Assembly: GCA_002269645.1 (NCBI GenBank)
Contig: NIVC01000340.1
Coordinates: 248,001 to 312,000 of the forward strand
Reading direction: 5' to 3'
Origin: Macrostomum lignano
Taxonomy: Eukaryota
DNA: 64,000 nucleotides
The notes under the pieces are model-generated. The model saw nothing but the letters and a program-made list of their open reading frames with translations, was not told the DNA's origin and ran no database searches. Both the position numbers and the translations under genes were made by a program. This document shows, one piece after another, positions 1-13,324 of this stretch; position 1 is the stretch's first letter; every line of letters begins with the position of its first letter.

Positions 1-609
1 ATCTTTACTTCATGCACAAAACTCCTGCTAGCCAATACTACTATACTGATTTCAAACTGACAAGTAGTATGTTTAGTAAAATAAGATAACATTCTACAAA
101 ATCTGAAGACAAAAGAATCATTCATGTGTATTAAAAGGGCCGGCTCAATTATAAATAGTTTCGGTCATAAATGATAAAAACAAACAATTATTTTAGGTTC
201 ATCGTCTATCTAACAGAGGTCAATTTATTACTAAAAATAAGTAAAGCATAAAAAACCACTGTATTTACTTTCACTTATAAAAAGTGAACTATATTTTAGA
301 AAACAATTAATAGAAACACAATGCAATGCAGAATCATAGAATCATACACAGAATATATATTATTAAATAATTTAGGATGACATTATTACAAAACTGTAAA
401 ACAAGAAATAAGATTATAATAAAAGAAGCTTAAAAATTGAAGGAACAAAATTGTTAGTAAGAAACTATTTGTTGCAGAAGATCGTGACAAACGGTAGATA
501 AAATATTTAAAACTAACTACATCCTATCTATTCTGGAATAGTTTTAATATTAACAAAAAAACAATAGTATAACACTCATTTCACACATATTTAACCAACA
601 TTTCGACAT

Positions 610-1965
610 CATTCAAGCTGTGAAAAGCCCTATCGGAGACAAATTGACATCAATTTGACATCATTTTACACTACCTGGGATTAGTCTCTATCCGAGATAT
701 CTTGAAATTATTTAACACTAACTGGGACAAGTCAATATCAGAGACATTTTGACTTCGATTTGACATCATTTTACACTAACTGGGATAAGTCTATCAGAGA
801 CATTTTGACATCAATTTGACATCATTTTACACTAACTGGGACAAGTCCCTATCGACATTTTGACATCAGTTTTACATTATTTTACACTAACTGGGACAAG
901 TCCCTATCGACATTTTGACATTAGTTTTACATCATTTTACACTAACTGGGACAAGTCCCTATCAGAGACATTTTGACATCAATTTGACATTATTTTACAC
1001 TAACTGGGACAAGTCCCTATCAGAGACATCAATTTGACATCATTTTACGCTAACTGGGACAAGTCCCTATCAGAGACATTTTGACATCAATTTGACATTA
1101 TTTTACACTAACTGGGACAAGTCCCTATCAGAGACATTTTGACATTATTTTACGCTAACTGGGACAAGTCCCTATCAGAGACATTTTGACATCAATTTGA
1201 CATTATTTTACACTAACTGGGACAAGTCCCTATCAGAGACATCAATTTGACATCATTTTACGCTAACTGGGACAAGTCCCTATCAGAGACATTTTGACAT
1301 CAGTTTTACATTATTTTACACTAACTGGGACAAGTCCCTATCGACATTTTGACATTAGTTTTACATCATTTTACACTAACTGGGACAAGTCCCTATCAGA
1401 GACATTTTGACATCAATTTGACATTATTTTACACTAACTGGGACAAGTCCCTATCAGAGACATCAATTTGACATCATTTTACGCTAACTGGGACAAGTCC
1501 CTATCAGAGACATTTTGACATCAATTTGACATTATTTTACACTAACTGGGACAAGTCCCTATCAGAGACATCAATTTGACATCATTTTACGCTAACTGGG
1601 ACAAGTCCCTATCAGAGACATTTTGACATCAATTTGACATTATTTTACACTAACTGGGACAAGTCCCTATCAGAGACATCAATTTGACATCATTTTACGC
1701 TAACTGGGACAAGTCCCTATCAGAGACATTTTGACATCAATTTGACATTATTTTACACTAACTGGGACAAGTCCCTATCAGAGACATTTTGACATCATTT
1801 TACACTAACTGGGACAAGTCGCTATCAGAGACATCAATTTGACATCATTTTACACTAACTGGGACAAGTCCCTATCAGAGACATTTTGACATCAAGTTGA
1901 CATTATTTTACACTAACTGGGACAAGTCCCTATCAGAGACATTTTGACTTCATTTTACACTAAAT
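610..1965 (+). repeat. Minisatellite array, units of ~51-60 bp (TTTTACACTAACTGGGACAAGTCCCTATCAGAGACATTTTGACATCAATTTGACATTA and shorter variant)
   Basis: Directly visible tandem copies; degenerate at both edges. Confidence 0.97.
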
Positions 1966-2257
1966 AGGACACGTCCCCGCAACAGCTAGATAGTTTGTCA
2001 ATTACGACAACTGTTTTTTAAGTTTCTTTTCCTTCAGATGCAGAATTAAAAGTCAGTGTGTAATCAGTAATTTTTTATGCTTTCGGCTCTCGGTTCGACG
2101 GCAGAAGCAAGCAAGACTTTTTTGTTTGCACTCTTCAGTAAGTGAATCCATTTTCTGATGCATAAATATTATTAATATTATGATCATATTTGAAAAGAAA
2201 ATAACAGTTGAAAGCAATTCTTTGTCGTTCTCTCTAAATAACAAATCGCGCACTGAT

Positions 2258-3235
2258 TCAAGCAGACTGGCCGAGCAATTCGTTAGCTGCCTGCTGAGAA
2301 GTGAGAGTGGCGTCAAGCTGCTTGAGCTGCGGCAGTATTAGCAGCACTTTACGCCTATAAGCCGCATCCGGCGTCTTGTCCGACGTGTAGAAAATCGGAT
2401 TGTGCTCAAACAGCACAGTGCTCAACCTTGGCAAGCTGGTTAGTTTTTCAATTTCGGCAAAATTATCTAATCGATTATTGTCAAGCCACAGCTCTTCGAG
2501 GGAAGTCAAATTAGACAAATTATCCAGACTTGAAATTCGATTCTGAGCCAAATCAAGGATTCGCAGATTAGTCAACGTGTCAAGATTTTCAATTCGTTGG
2601 ATACCGTTCTCAGATAAGTAGAGCTCGTTAAGCTGGGTGAGATGGCCAAGATTCTCAATGCTGGTGAGCCTATTAGCGGCTAAAGCTAAGATTCTCAACT
2701 GCGTGAGCCGTTCCAAGCCTTCAATGCGAGAGATCTTATTAGAGCCGAGGTATAACTCGCGCAGATTAGTCAGAGTGTCCAGACTTTCAATCTGGCGGAT
2801 TCTATTCGCGCCTAATTCGAGAATCTCCAACTCAATCAAACTGTCCAAGCATTCAATCTTGCCAATACGATTCTGCACCAAGTAGAGTTTACGCAGCCTC
2901 ACTAAAGTCTCCAATCCTTCAATCTTTGATAGGCGATTAAATGACACGTCCAAGTGTTCGAGTTTAGTCAGCTGCTCCAAGTTCTCCAGGCGTTCGATTT
3001 GATTGTCGTACAGATCGAGTTCGGTCAGGGTGCCAGCCAGGCAGCCCACATTCTCAATCGCTTTGAGCAGATTGTTGCGAAAGCAGAGCGCACGAATTTT
3101 GGTTAGACACTCTAGACCAGCTAAACGGCCAATGCGGCTGTGCTCAAAGTCCAGCGACTCAGCCTCGGGGTCCGTTATCTCAGGGACCAGCGGCTCAGCT
3201 GACTGCTGCTGCTGGTGAGAATCTCCGTTGGACAT
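2258..3235 (-). CDS. PPP1R7: Protein phosphatase 1 regulatory subunit 7 (Sds22), leucine-rich repeat protein, single exon, 325 aa
   Basis: LDFEHSRIGRLAGLE start of LRRs, ~11 Sds22-type LRRs (LxxLDLYDNQIxxIENL) and LRR cap (NPI...YRRKV..LPQLKQLDA). True ATG at 3235 (MSNGDSHQQQ); the longer ORF to 3424 is repeat-derived. Confidence 0.92.
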   Translation of the reverse strand: MSNGDSHQQQQSAEPLVPEITDPEAESLDFEHSRIGRLAGLECLTKIRALCFRNNLLKAIENVGCLAGTLTELDLYDNQIERLENLEQLTKLEHLDVSFNRLSKIEGLETLVRLRKLYLVQNRIGKIECLDSLIELEILELGANRIRQIESLDTLTNLRELYLGSNKISRIEGLERLTQLRILALAANRLTSIENLGHLTQLNELYLSENGIQRIENLDTLTNLRILDLAQNRISSLDNLSNLTSLEELWLDNNRLDNFAEIEKLTSLPRLSTVLFEHNPIFYTSDKTPDAAYRRKVLLILPQLKQLDATLTSQQAANELLGQSA

Positions 3236-3295
3236 GATGTCTGCAGTGCATAAGGCGAAAGTGGGTTGGATTGTAAATATGGAGACTCTGGGGAT

Positions 3296-3500
3296 TTGGG
3301 ATCTGGCTGGCTGGTCCAGCAACTGAGGATCTGGGAGGGTGGAGGTGGTCCAGCAACTGAGGATCTGGGAGGGTGGAGGTGGTCCAGCAACTGAGGATCT
3401 GGGAGGGTGGAGGTGGTCCAGCAACTGAGGATCTGGCAGGGTCCCAGCCCAGCAACTGAGGATCTGGCAGGGTCCCAGCCCAGCAACTGAGGATCTGACA
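3296..3500 (-). repeat. Dispersed minisatellite family A (core CCAGATCCTCAGTTGCTGG on gene-sense strand), copy 1
   Basis: ~7 cores with variable spacers, ending ~60 nt upstream of the PPP1R7 ATG. Confidence 0.95.
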
Positions 3501-3907
3501 GAAATGACAGAATACCCGAATCAAGAGCAGCAATCGATCTGGTAAAAAACTTGCTAAATAACAATCTACTAGAAGCAACTATCTATCAATTAAAAATGAC
3601 CCTTTAACACACTAAAATAAACAACTATAAACAGGAATCGCATCATGCATAAGAAATGACAAACAAACATATCGTGTTTTATCTTAGAAATGGAGAAAGA
3701 TTATCAGTTATGAATAATAACTTACAGCAGAAATATTTGACATTGTATTTTTGATTATTAATTTATTAAACGTATTGATGAAATATGATACAATTTATCA
3801 TTAATTAGGTCACGCTGACTAATTAGTAATCAATTAATTAGTTCTATCATGCTATATTAGCATGGTTTGTAAATGCCGTGAGCACAACCTCAAACAGTGC
3901 ACTCAGC

Positions 3908-5511
3908 TCAATCACCAGACGATGAGCTGCTCGAAGAGTCACTGCTCATAGTTTCAACTTGCTCAGCGGATGCACCAGCTGTTGGTTGAGCTTGAGCAGT
4001 TGAAGAGGCTGCAGATGAAGCAGACATTTGCTGCGGATATTGTTGTTGCTGTTGCTGCTGCTGCTGTTGTTGCTGTTGCTGCTGTCTTCCAGCAGCGGCG
4101 GCGGCAGCAGCGGCGGCAGCTGCAGCAGACAAAGAGGCCACCTCTTCAACAATACCCGGCTGAAAGTTGCCGTGCTCATCGACGTGCTTGAGCAGGCCTC
4201 TGGCCATCTCGTTGGCGGTCGGGTAGGGCCGGCGCGGATCGCCGAGGCCCCAGCCGAGGGGCGCCATCACGCCGTTGCTGGCGCTGATTTTGTGCGCAAA
4301 TTTGACCAACTCCTCAGAGTCAGCAGGGTTTTGACAGGCGGTTTGCAGCGATTCTAATTTCTGACGCGAGTAGAATATCGCTACCTGGGATTGGGGTGGC
4401 GGGGAGCGAGTGTACATAAATTGCACTGTCTAGAATAGCTGTGATAGTTATTGGTCGAGAGCGTGAGTAAACAGTCTAAATGGCTCTTATTGGTTGGGAG
4501 CGACTGTACCCTCCTAGAATGGTTCTGATTGGTCAAGAGCAAGTGTACACTGTCTAGAAAAGCTGTGATTGGTCGGGAGCAAATGTACACTGTCTAGAAA
4601 GGCTGTGATTGGTCGGGAGCAAATGTATACTGTCTAGAATGGCTGCGATTGGTCGGGAGCAAATGTACACTGTCTAGAAAGGCTGTGATTCGTCGGGAGC
4701 AAATGTATACTGTCTAAAAAGGCTGTGATTCGTCGGGAGCAAATGTATACTGTCTAGAAAGGCTGTGATTGGTCGGGAGCAAATGTATACTGTCTAGAAT
4801 GGCTGCGATTGGTCGGGAGCAAATGTACACTGTCTAGAAAGGCTGTGATTGGTCGGGAGCAAATGTATACTGTCTAGAAAGGCTGTGATTCGTCGGGAGC
4901 AAATGTATACTGTCTAGAAAGGCTGTGATTGGTCGGGAGCAAATGTATACTGTCTAGAATGGCTGCGATTGGTCGGGAGCAAATGTACACTGTCTAGAAA
5001 GGCTGTGATTGGTCGGGAGCAAATGTATACTGTCTAGAAAGGCTGTGATTCGTCGGGAGTAAATGTATACTGTCTAGAAAGGCTGTGATTGGTCGGGAGC
5101 AAATGTACACTGTCTAGAATGGCTGTGATTGGTCTGCAGCAAGTGCCTTACCGACAGTAATCGATCAGCTTCCATTAGCTGCCGCTGATGCTGACCAATG
5201 GCCAAATCCTGCTGATCAATAAGAGCTCGCAGCTGATTGGCTTTCTCGTGCAGCTGCTGCTGTTTGGCGGCCTGATCGCGCAGTCGGTGCAGTTTAGCCT
5301 CGCGCAAACGAAGCTGCTCAACTAAGGCTTCGCAGTTGAGTTCTAGAGGCTGCTGCTGCTGCTGCTGCTGACCGGATGCTGAGCGGTCCGAAGTGCTGCA
5401 TTGTTCTCGAGTTGCTAAAGCCTCGAAAAGAGCTTTAGATAATAGTTCGATGTCTTCAAGCACTGACAGCATCTTTACTTTGGTGGACGTGGATAGAGCT
5501 AGAGAAGACAT
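3908..5511 (-). CDS. MED4: Mediator subunit 4, two exons (5511-5152, 4384-3908)
   Basis: N-term STKVKMLSVLEDIELLSKAL, coiled coil, and the conserved SEELVKFAHKISASNGVMAPLGWGLGDPRRPYPT motif. GTAAGG donor and CCCAG acceptor join in phase 0. Poly-A/poly-Q/Ser-rich tail. Confidence 0.92.
4430..5135. repeat. 40-bp minisatellite filling the MED4 intron (TGTCTAGAAAGGCTGTGATTGGTCGGGAGCAAATGTACAC)
   Basis: ~17 tandem copies. Confidence 0.97.
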
Positions 5512-5694
5512 GACCTATGCGGCATAAACCAACATTGACAATAATTAGTTACCGAAAATGGAACAGTCAATCTGAAATCACTAATTACATTCTATTTTGT
5601 GCTAGAATACCCTCATAATTACTTTTTAATCTGATTATCTGTAAATATAATCTATCGAATAGTAGGCTTTCTTAGTCTAATCGATCCATCTCAC

Positions 5695-8555
5695 AACTAA
5701 CTGATCTATGGGATAATCTACACCCACTTCATAACTGATCTATGGGATAATCTACACCCACTTCATAACTGATCTATGAGATAATCTATACCTATTTTAT
5801 AACTCATCTATGGGATAATCTATACCTATTTTATAACTCATCTATGGGATAATCTATACCTATTTTATAACTCATCTATGGGATAATCTATACCTATTTT
5901 ATAACTCATCTATGGGATAATCTATACCTATTTTATAACTCATCTATGGGATAATCTATACCTATTTTACAACTCATCTATGGGATAATCTATACCTATT
6001 TTATAACTCATCTATGGGATAATCTATACCTATTTTATAACTCATCTATGGGATAATCTATACCTATTTTATAACTCATCTATGGGATAATCTATACCTA
6101 TTTTATAACTGATCTATGGGATAATCTATACCTATTTTATAACTCATCTATGGGATAATCTATACCTATTTTATAACTGATCTATGGGATAATCTATACC
6201 TATTTTATAACTCATCTATGGGATAATCTATACCTATTTTATAACTGATCTATGGGATAATCTATACCTATTTTATAACTCATCTATGGGATAATCTATA
6301 CCTATTTTATAACTCATCTATGGGATAATCTATACCTATTTTATAACTCATCTATGGGATAATCTATACCTATTTTATAACTGATCTATGGGATAATCTA
6401 TACCTATTTTATAACTCATCTATGGGATAATCTATACCTATTTTATAACTCATCTATGGGATAATCTATACCTATTTTATAACTCATCTATGGGATAATC
6501 TATGCCCATTTTACAACTCATCTATGGGATAATCTATACCTATTTTATAACTCATCTATGGGATAATCTATACCCACTTCATAACTGATCTATGGGATAA
6601 TCTATACCTATTTTATAACTAATCTATGGGATAATCTACACCCACTTCATAACTGATCTATGGGATAATCTAAACCTATTTTATAACTCATCTATGGGAT
6701 AATCTATACCTATTTTATAACTCATCTATGGGATAATCTATACCTATTTTATAACTCATCTATGGGATAATCTATACCTATTTTATAACTCATCTATGGG
6801 ATAATCTATACCTATTTTATAACTCATCTATGGGATAATCTATACCTATTTTATAACTCATCTATGGGATAATCTACACCCACTTCATAACTGATCTATG
6901 AGATAATCTACACCCACTTCATAACTGATCTATGGGATAATCTACACCCACTTCATAACTGATCTATGGGATAATCTACACCCACTTCATAACTGATCTA
7001 TGAGATAATCTACACCCACTTCATAACTGATCTATGAGATAATCTACACCCACTTCATAACTGATCTATGAGATAATCTACACCCACTTCATAACTGATC
7101 TATGAGATAATCTACACCCACTTCATAACTGATCTATGGGATAATCTACACCCACTTCATAACTGATCTATGGGATAATCTACACCCACTTCATAACTGA
7201 TCTATGAGATAATCTACACCCACTTCATAACTGATCTATGAGATAATCTACACCCACTTCATAACTGATCTATGAGATAATCTACACCCACTTCATAACT
7301 GATCTATGGGATAATCTACACCCACTTCATAACTGATCTATGGGATAATCTACACCCACTTCATAACTGATCTATGGGATAATCTACACCCACTTCATAA
7401 CTGATCTATGGGATAATCTACACCCACTTCATAACTGATCTATGAGATAATCTACACCCACTTCATAACTGATCTATGGGATAATCTACACCCACTTCAT
7501 AACTGATCTATGGGATAATCTACACCCACTTCATAACTGATCTATGGGATAATCTACACCCACTTCATAACTGATCTATGGGATAATCTACACCCACTTC
7601 ATAACTGATCTATGGGATAATCTACACCCACTTCATAACTGATCTATGAGATAATCTACACCCACTTCATAACTGATCTATGAGATAATCTACACCCACT
7701 TCATAACTGATCTATGAGATAATCTACACCCACTTCATAACTGATCTATGGGATAATCTACACCCACTTCATAACTGATCTATGAGATAATCTACACCCA
7801 CTTCATAACTGATCTATGGGATAATCTACACCCACTTCATAACTGATCTATGGGATAATCTACACCCACTTCATAACTGATCTATGAGATAATCTACACC
7901 CACTTCATAACTGATCTATGAGATAATCTACACCCACTTCATAACTGATCTATGAGATAATCTACACCCACTTCATAACTGATCTATGGGATAATCTACA
8001 CCCACTTCATAACTGATCTATGGGATAATCTACACCCACTTCATAACTGATCTATGGGATAATCTACACCCACTTCATAACTGATCTATGAGATAATCTA
8101 CACCCACTTCATAACTGATCTATGGGATAATCTACACCCACTTCATAACTGATCTATGGGATAATCTACACCCACTTCATAACTGATCTATGGGATAATC
8201 TACACCCACTTCATAACTGATCTATGAGATAATCTACACCCACTTCATAACTGATCTATGGGATAATCTACACCCACTTCATAACTGATCTATGGGATAA
8301 TCTACACCCACTTCATAACTGATCTATGAGATAATCTATACCCATTTTATAACTCATCTATGATAATCTACACCCACCTCATAACTGATCTATGGGATAA
8401 TCTACACCCACCTCATAACTGATCTATGGGATAATCTACACCCACCTCATAACTGATCTATGGGATAATCTACACCCACCTCATAACTGATCTATGGGAT
8501 AATCTACACCCACCTCATAACTGATCTATGGGATAATCTACACCCACTTCATAAC
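5695..8555. repeat. 34-bp minisatellite of ~2.9 kb between eIF3h and MED4, two subtype blocks
   Basis: ATAACTCATCTATGGGATAATCTATACCTATTTT dominates ~5790-6870; ATAACTGATCTATG(G/A)GATAATCTACACCCACTTC dominates ~6870-8550. Confidence 0.98.
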
Positions 8556-8851
8556 TAATCTAAATGAAAATAAGCAAGTCAAAATTTCTTTTTCAGCTCA
8601 CTAATCACTAATCGAACAAGCTTCGGCAGAACAAAGAAACCGAAGGTTGAACTGCATTTCAATTTCTTTTCAGTCGCAATTTCTATTTTAATTTTTGCCT
8701 TCTTTTGTCATTTCAACTGAAACAGAATCGGCTTGAAAATTGAGCTGTAAAATTCTCAATTTTTTAAGCAAGCTGCAGTCCTGTGGATCGAATGCAACGA
8801 ATTTATCAATCAAAGCCTACACCAATTATTATCATCAGAGTCCAGCTGAAC

Positions 8852-11800
8852 TCAATTGAACTGGATACCCTCAGCCAGCATGAGTTTGCCGTAGGACTGT
8901 CCAACAGTCTCCAGCAGTTCGCTAGTGAACTGGTGCAGCTGGGCCGACACCAGCACGGGATCGAGGGCCACTGGCGGATTTCCAATCTTAGGCAGCTTCG
9001 ACTTGTCGATGGCGTCCTCGCTGAGAGGCTCTTCGCCGCGTTGGGCTCGCTGCTGATTCTCGTAGACTATCTTCATCTTCTGGTCCTGGGTCACGGGATT
9101 GATTGTGTTAGGGTCACGTGATAGATTGTGTGAGGGCCACGTGATTGATTATGCGAAGGTCACGTGATTGATTGTGTGAGGGCCACGTGATTGATTATGC
9201 GGGGGTCACGTGATTGATTATGCGGGGGTCACGTGATTGATTATGCGGGGGTCACGTGATTGATTGTGTGAGGGCCACGTGATTGATTATGCGGGGGTCA
9301 CGTGATTGATTATGTGAGGGCCACGTGATTGATTGTGAGGGCCACGTGATTGATTATGCGGGTGTCACGTGATTGATTGTGTGAGGATCACGTGATTGAT
9401 TATGTGAGGGCCACGTGATTGATTATGTGAGGGCCACGTGATTGATTATGCGGGGGTCACGTGATTGATTATGCGGGGGTCACGTGATTGATTATGTGAG
9501 GGCCACGTGATTGATTATGCGGGGGTCACGTGATTGATTGTGTGAGGGTCACGTGATTGATTATGCGGGGGTCACGTGATTGATTGTGTGAGGGTCACGT
9601 GACTGCTACTTGAGGGTCACGTGACTGCTACTTGAGGGTCACGTGATTGATTATGTGAAGATCATGCGATAAATAATGTGAACATCAAGTGACGGATAAT
9701 GTGAAGATCATGCGATGCATAATGTAAAGGTCATTTGTAGGCAATTAGGATTATAAAAATAATTAGCGAAACACCCGCATACCTGAAGCGCCTTCTCATA
9801 CTTCTTATACGATCGTTGATAATTAAGATATTTGGAGGACTCTTGCAGAATCACTTCGCAACCAGTCGACAGAGACTTCATCTGCCTCTCGAGCTGGCTG
9901 CCCATAGCCAGGCTCAGGCCGGAGAATGCGTTACTAGCGACGCTGTCCTCTAGCTCAGCTAGCAGTACATTAGCCAGGTGACTATTGCGAATAATCACGG
10001 GCAATTCTTGCACTAAATTAGCCTGATTAACCATCAGCTCTTTCATGCGCTGCTGATTCACATTGTCCTCATCGCTCATCAGCTTCACCAGCGCCGGGGA
10101 CAGGCGGAATGCGCGAAATTCCAGCTGACCGCGGCTGGTCTTCAGCGGATTGTACACCAGAGCAACGGCGTCCAGTACACCCACCTGGAATTAGGTGAGA
10201 CTTGAACAATTTATATTTTACTTAGGCTTTTGTACTTAGTTAACTCATGGAGAAACATGCAGTTCGAATGCACTTTTAAATCACATTTCCAGTTAGAGAA
10301 TAATGCACTTTTAATAATCTCTAACTAGAGAATCATGTACTTTTACGAGTAATAATCTCTAATTAGAGAATCATGCACTTTTGATCATATCTAATTAGAG
10401 AATCATGCACTTTTGATCATCTCTAAATAGAGATTCATGCACTTTTGAATAATCCCTAATTAAAGAATCATGCACTTTTGATCATCTCTAAATAGAGATT
10501 CATGCACTTTTGAATAATCCCTAATTAGAGAATCATGCACTTTTGATCATCTCTAATTAGAGAATCATGCACTTTTGATCATATCTAATTAGAGAATCAT
10601 GCACTTTTGATCATATCTAATTAGAGAAGCATGCACTTTTGATCATCTCTAATTAGAGAATCATGCACTTTTGATCATATCTAATTAGAGAATCATGCAC
10701 TTTTGATCATATCTAATTAGAGAATCATGCACTTTTGATCATCTCTAATTAGAGAATCATGCACTTTTGATCATCTCTAATTAGAGAATCATGCACTTTT
10801 GATCATCTCTAATTAGAGATTCATGCACTTTTGAATAATCCCTAATTAGAGAATCATGCACTTTTGATCATATCTAATTAGAGAATCATGCACTTTTGAT
10901 CATCTCTAAATAGAGATTCATGCACTTTTGATCATATCTAATTAGAGAATCATGCACTTTTGATCATCTCTAAATAGAGATTCATGCACTTTTGAATAAT
11001 CCCTAATTAGAGAATCATGCACTTTTGATCATCTCTAATTAGAGAATCATGCACTTTTGATCATATCTAATTAGAGAATCATGCACTTTTGATCATATCT
11101 AATTAGAGAATCATGCACTTTTGATCATATCTAATTAGAGAATCATGCACTTTTGATCATATCTAATTAGAGAATCATGCACTTTTGATCATATCTAATT
11201 AGAGAATCATGCACTTTTGATCATCTCTAATTAGAGAATCATGCACTTTTGATCATCTCTAATTAGAGAATCATGCACTTTTGATCATATCTAATTAGAG
11301 AATCATGCACTTTTGATCATCTCTAAATAGAGATTCATGCACTTTTGAATAATCCCTAATTAGAGAATCATGCACTTTTGATCATCTCTATTAGAGAATG
11401 ATGCTCTTTAAAAATCTTGAATTAAATAATCACACGATCTAAAATCTCACATTACTAATAAAATGACCAAATTAGTTACTAAACACACCTGATAGTGGAA
11501 CTGCGATTCCACAAACTCTTTAGTAAGAAACTCGGCCCCAGCGGAGCTCTGGTACCAGCCAACAGTCAGATAGTCGGCATTGAGCTGGCGAAAATTCTTC
11601 TGTATATCCAGCTGATACTTGGCCGCGTCAAATTCGGCAACTGGCACAATGCCAAAGCCGCTATTGGCCGCCTCTTCGTCGTCGGATTGGCGAGGAAACG
11701 GGAAACAGTTGGTGATCTCCAGGCGGGTGTCCTGGACCAGACCGAACAGTAGTCCCTGGAGCAAATGGAAACGGTTTTTGTATTAAATACGATTTTCTAC

Positions 11801-12902
11801 TAATGAAGACTACTATGAGTAGGCAGAAGGGACATTAAGTTTCCAAAAAGGTGTTGTACAGTTCATGATTTACTGAAGTTACTGAAGCACATGATTTTAG
11901 GGAATAAAATTAAAGGCCGCTTAAGGACACTATCATGCATATTAATTTAACTAAACAGTGTGCCAATTTTTGGTCTAGTTCAATTATTCCACTGGTATAT
12001 TTAGCGCCACAGGTGAGATTTTAGCGCCATATGTGGGTTTTAGCGCGATAGTTAAGAATTTAGCGCCACAGATGATACTCTAGCGCCATAGTTGAGAATT
12101 TAGCGCTATAGGTGAGTTTTAGCGCCATAGTTGAGAATTTAGCGCCATAGGTGAGTTTTAGCGCCATAGTTAAGAATTTAGCGCCATATGTGAGTTTTAG
12201 CGCCATAGTTAAGAATTTAGCGCCATATGTGAGTTTTAGCGCCATAGGTGAAATTTTAGCGCCAATGGTGAGATTTTAGCGCCATAAGTGTGATTTTAGC
12301 GCCATAGTTAAGAATTTAGCGCCATAGGTGAGAATTTAGCGCCGCAGGTGAGAAATTAGCGCCGCAGGTGAGAAATTAGCGCCTCAGGTAAGAATTTAGC
12401 GCCGCAAGTGAGAAATTAGCGCCATAGATAAGAATTTAGCGCCGCAGGTGAGATTTGAGCACCGCAAGTAAGACTTTAGCACCACAGGTGAGATTCTAGC
12501 GCCGAAGGTGAGAAATTAGCGCCATAGGTGAGAATTTAGCGCCGCAGGTGAGAAATTAGCGCCACAGATGAGATTTACGGCATATCGGCATACATCAATG
12601 ACTACAACTCTCACCTGAACAATCCTATTACCGCTCATCTGCTCCTCGTGAAAGTGTTTAGCAATTTTCAGCACTACAAGGCCTTCCATGACAACTTGTT
12701 GAACGCTGCTAGCGTCCTCGTCGTCAATTGCCGGAGCGGAGGCGGCCGCAACGGCGGCGGCGGCAACGGAAGCAGCGCTCGGCTGCGGCTGCTGCGAATG
12801 GCTGCCACCGCCGCCATAGCCTCCGTGACCGTGGCCGTGGCCGTGACCGTAACCGTAACCGTGACCGTGCTGATACGGCCTTCGATGATGGGAGTAGGAC
12901 AT
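8852..12902 (-). CDS. EIF3H: Translation initiation factor 3 subunit H, four exons (12902-12615, 11755-11489, 10184-9783, 9085-8852), 396 aa
   Basis: VQQVVMEGLVVLKIAKH, QGLLFGLV..RLEITNCFPFP, VGWYQS, VALVYNPLKTSRGQLEFRAFRL, IIRNSHLANVLL, C-term GEEPL...GKLMLAEG. All introns GT-AG, phase 0. Confidence 0.93.
9090..9720. repeat. 23-bp minisatellite in eIF3h intron 3 (GTCACGTGATTGATTATGCGGGG)
   Basis: ~25 copies, each with a TCACGTGA palindrome; array abuts the acceptor. Confidence 0.96.
10300..11400. repeat. 32-bp minisatellite in eIF3h intron 2 (TAATTAGAGAATCATGCACTTTTGATCATCTC)
   Basis: ~33 tandem copies. Confidence 0.97.
11995..12570. repeat. ~20-bp minisatellite in eIF3h intron 1 (TTAGCGCCATAGGTGAGAAT)
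   Basis: ~28 copies. Confidence 0.96.
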
Positions 12903-13324
12903 TATTCCTCTTTTTCTTTGCAGCGATTGAAAACTTTGGGGATGTTATTGCATGCATTAGTAATTAAAAATATTGATTATAACCACAACTGCCTGCTTAC
13001 ATGTTAGTAATATGAATAGCATATAAAAGTTAAAAAAACTCACAATTAAAAAGAGGAAATAATTACTTGGCCAAGCACCCACGTTGTTTTGTTTTAAAAA
13101 GTACAATTAAGGTTTATTCAATTGTGATCAACTTGTTTTAAATTGGTAGGAAGAATACAATAAAAACTAGTAAAAGCACACTGTATAAGGAAGAACATTG
13201 TAGCGAGCTACATTTTTATTAATGGACTTAAAATAATTTTAAATAGAAAATTTGCAATCAAATCAAGTTAGTATAGGTGGATTCTTTTACAAAATAAAAA
13301 CTCTCGATTCGGTCTGGGCCACTT

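Noticed and set aside
3236-3424. N-terminal extension of Sds22 from the ORF track
   Set aside because: Repeat-derived and upstream of an acceptor; the ATG at 3235 is preferred
2637-4357. Plus-strand ORFs overlapping PPP1R7 and MED4 (similar antisense ORFs at eIF3h, OSBP, PSMB7 and the GPCR)
   Set aside because: Antisense shadows of GC-rich coding exons with no independent support
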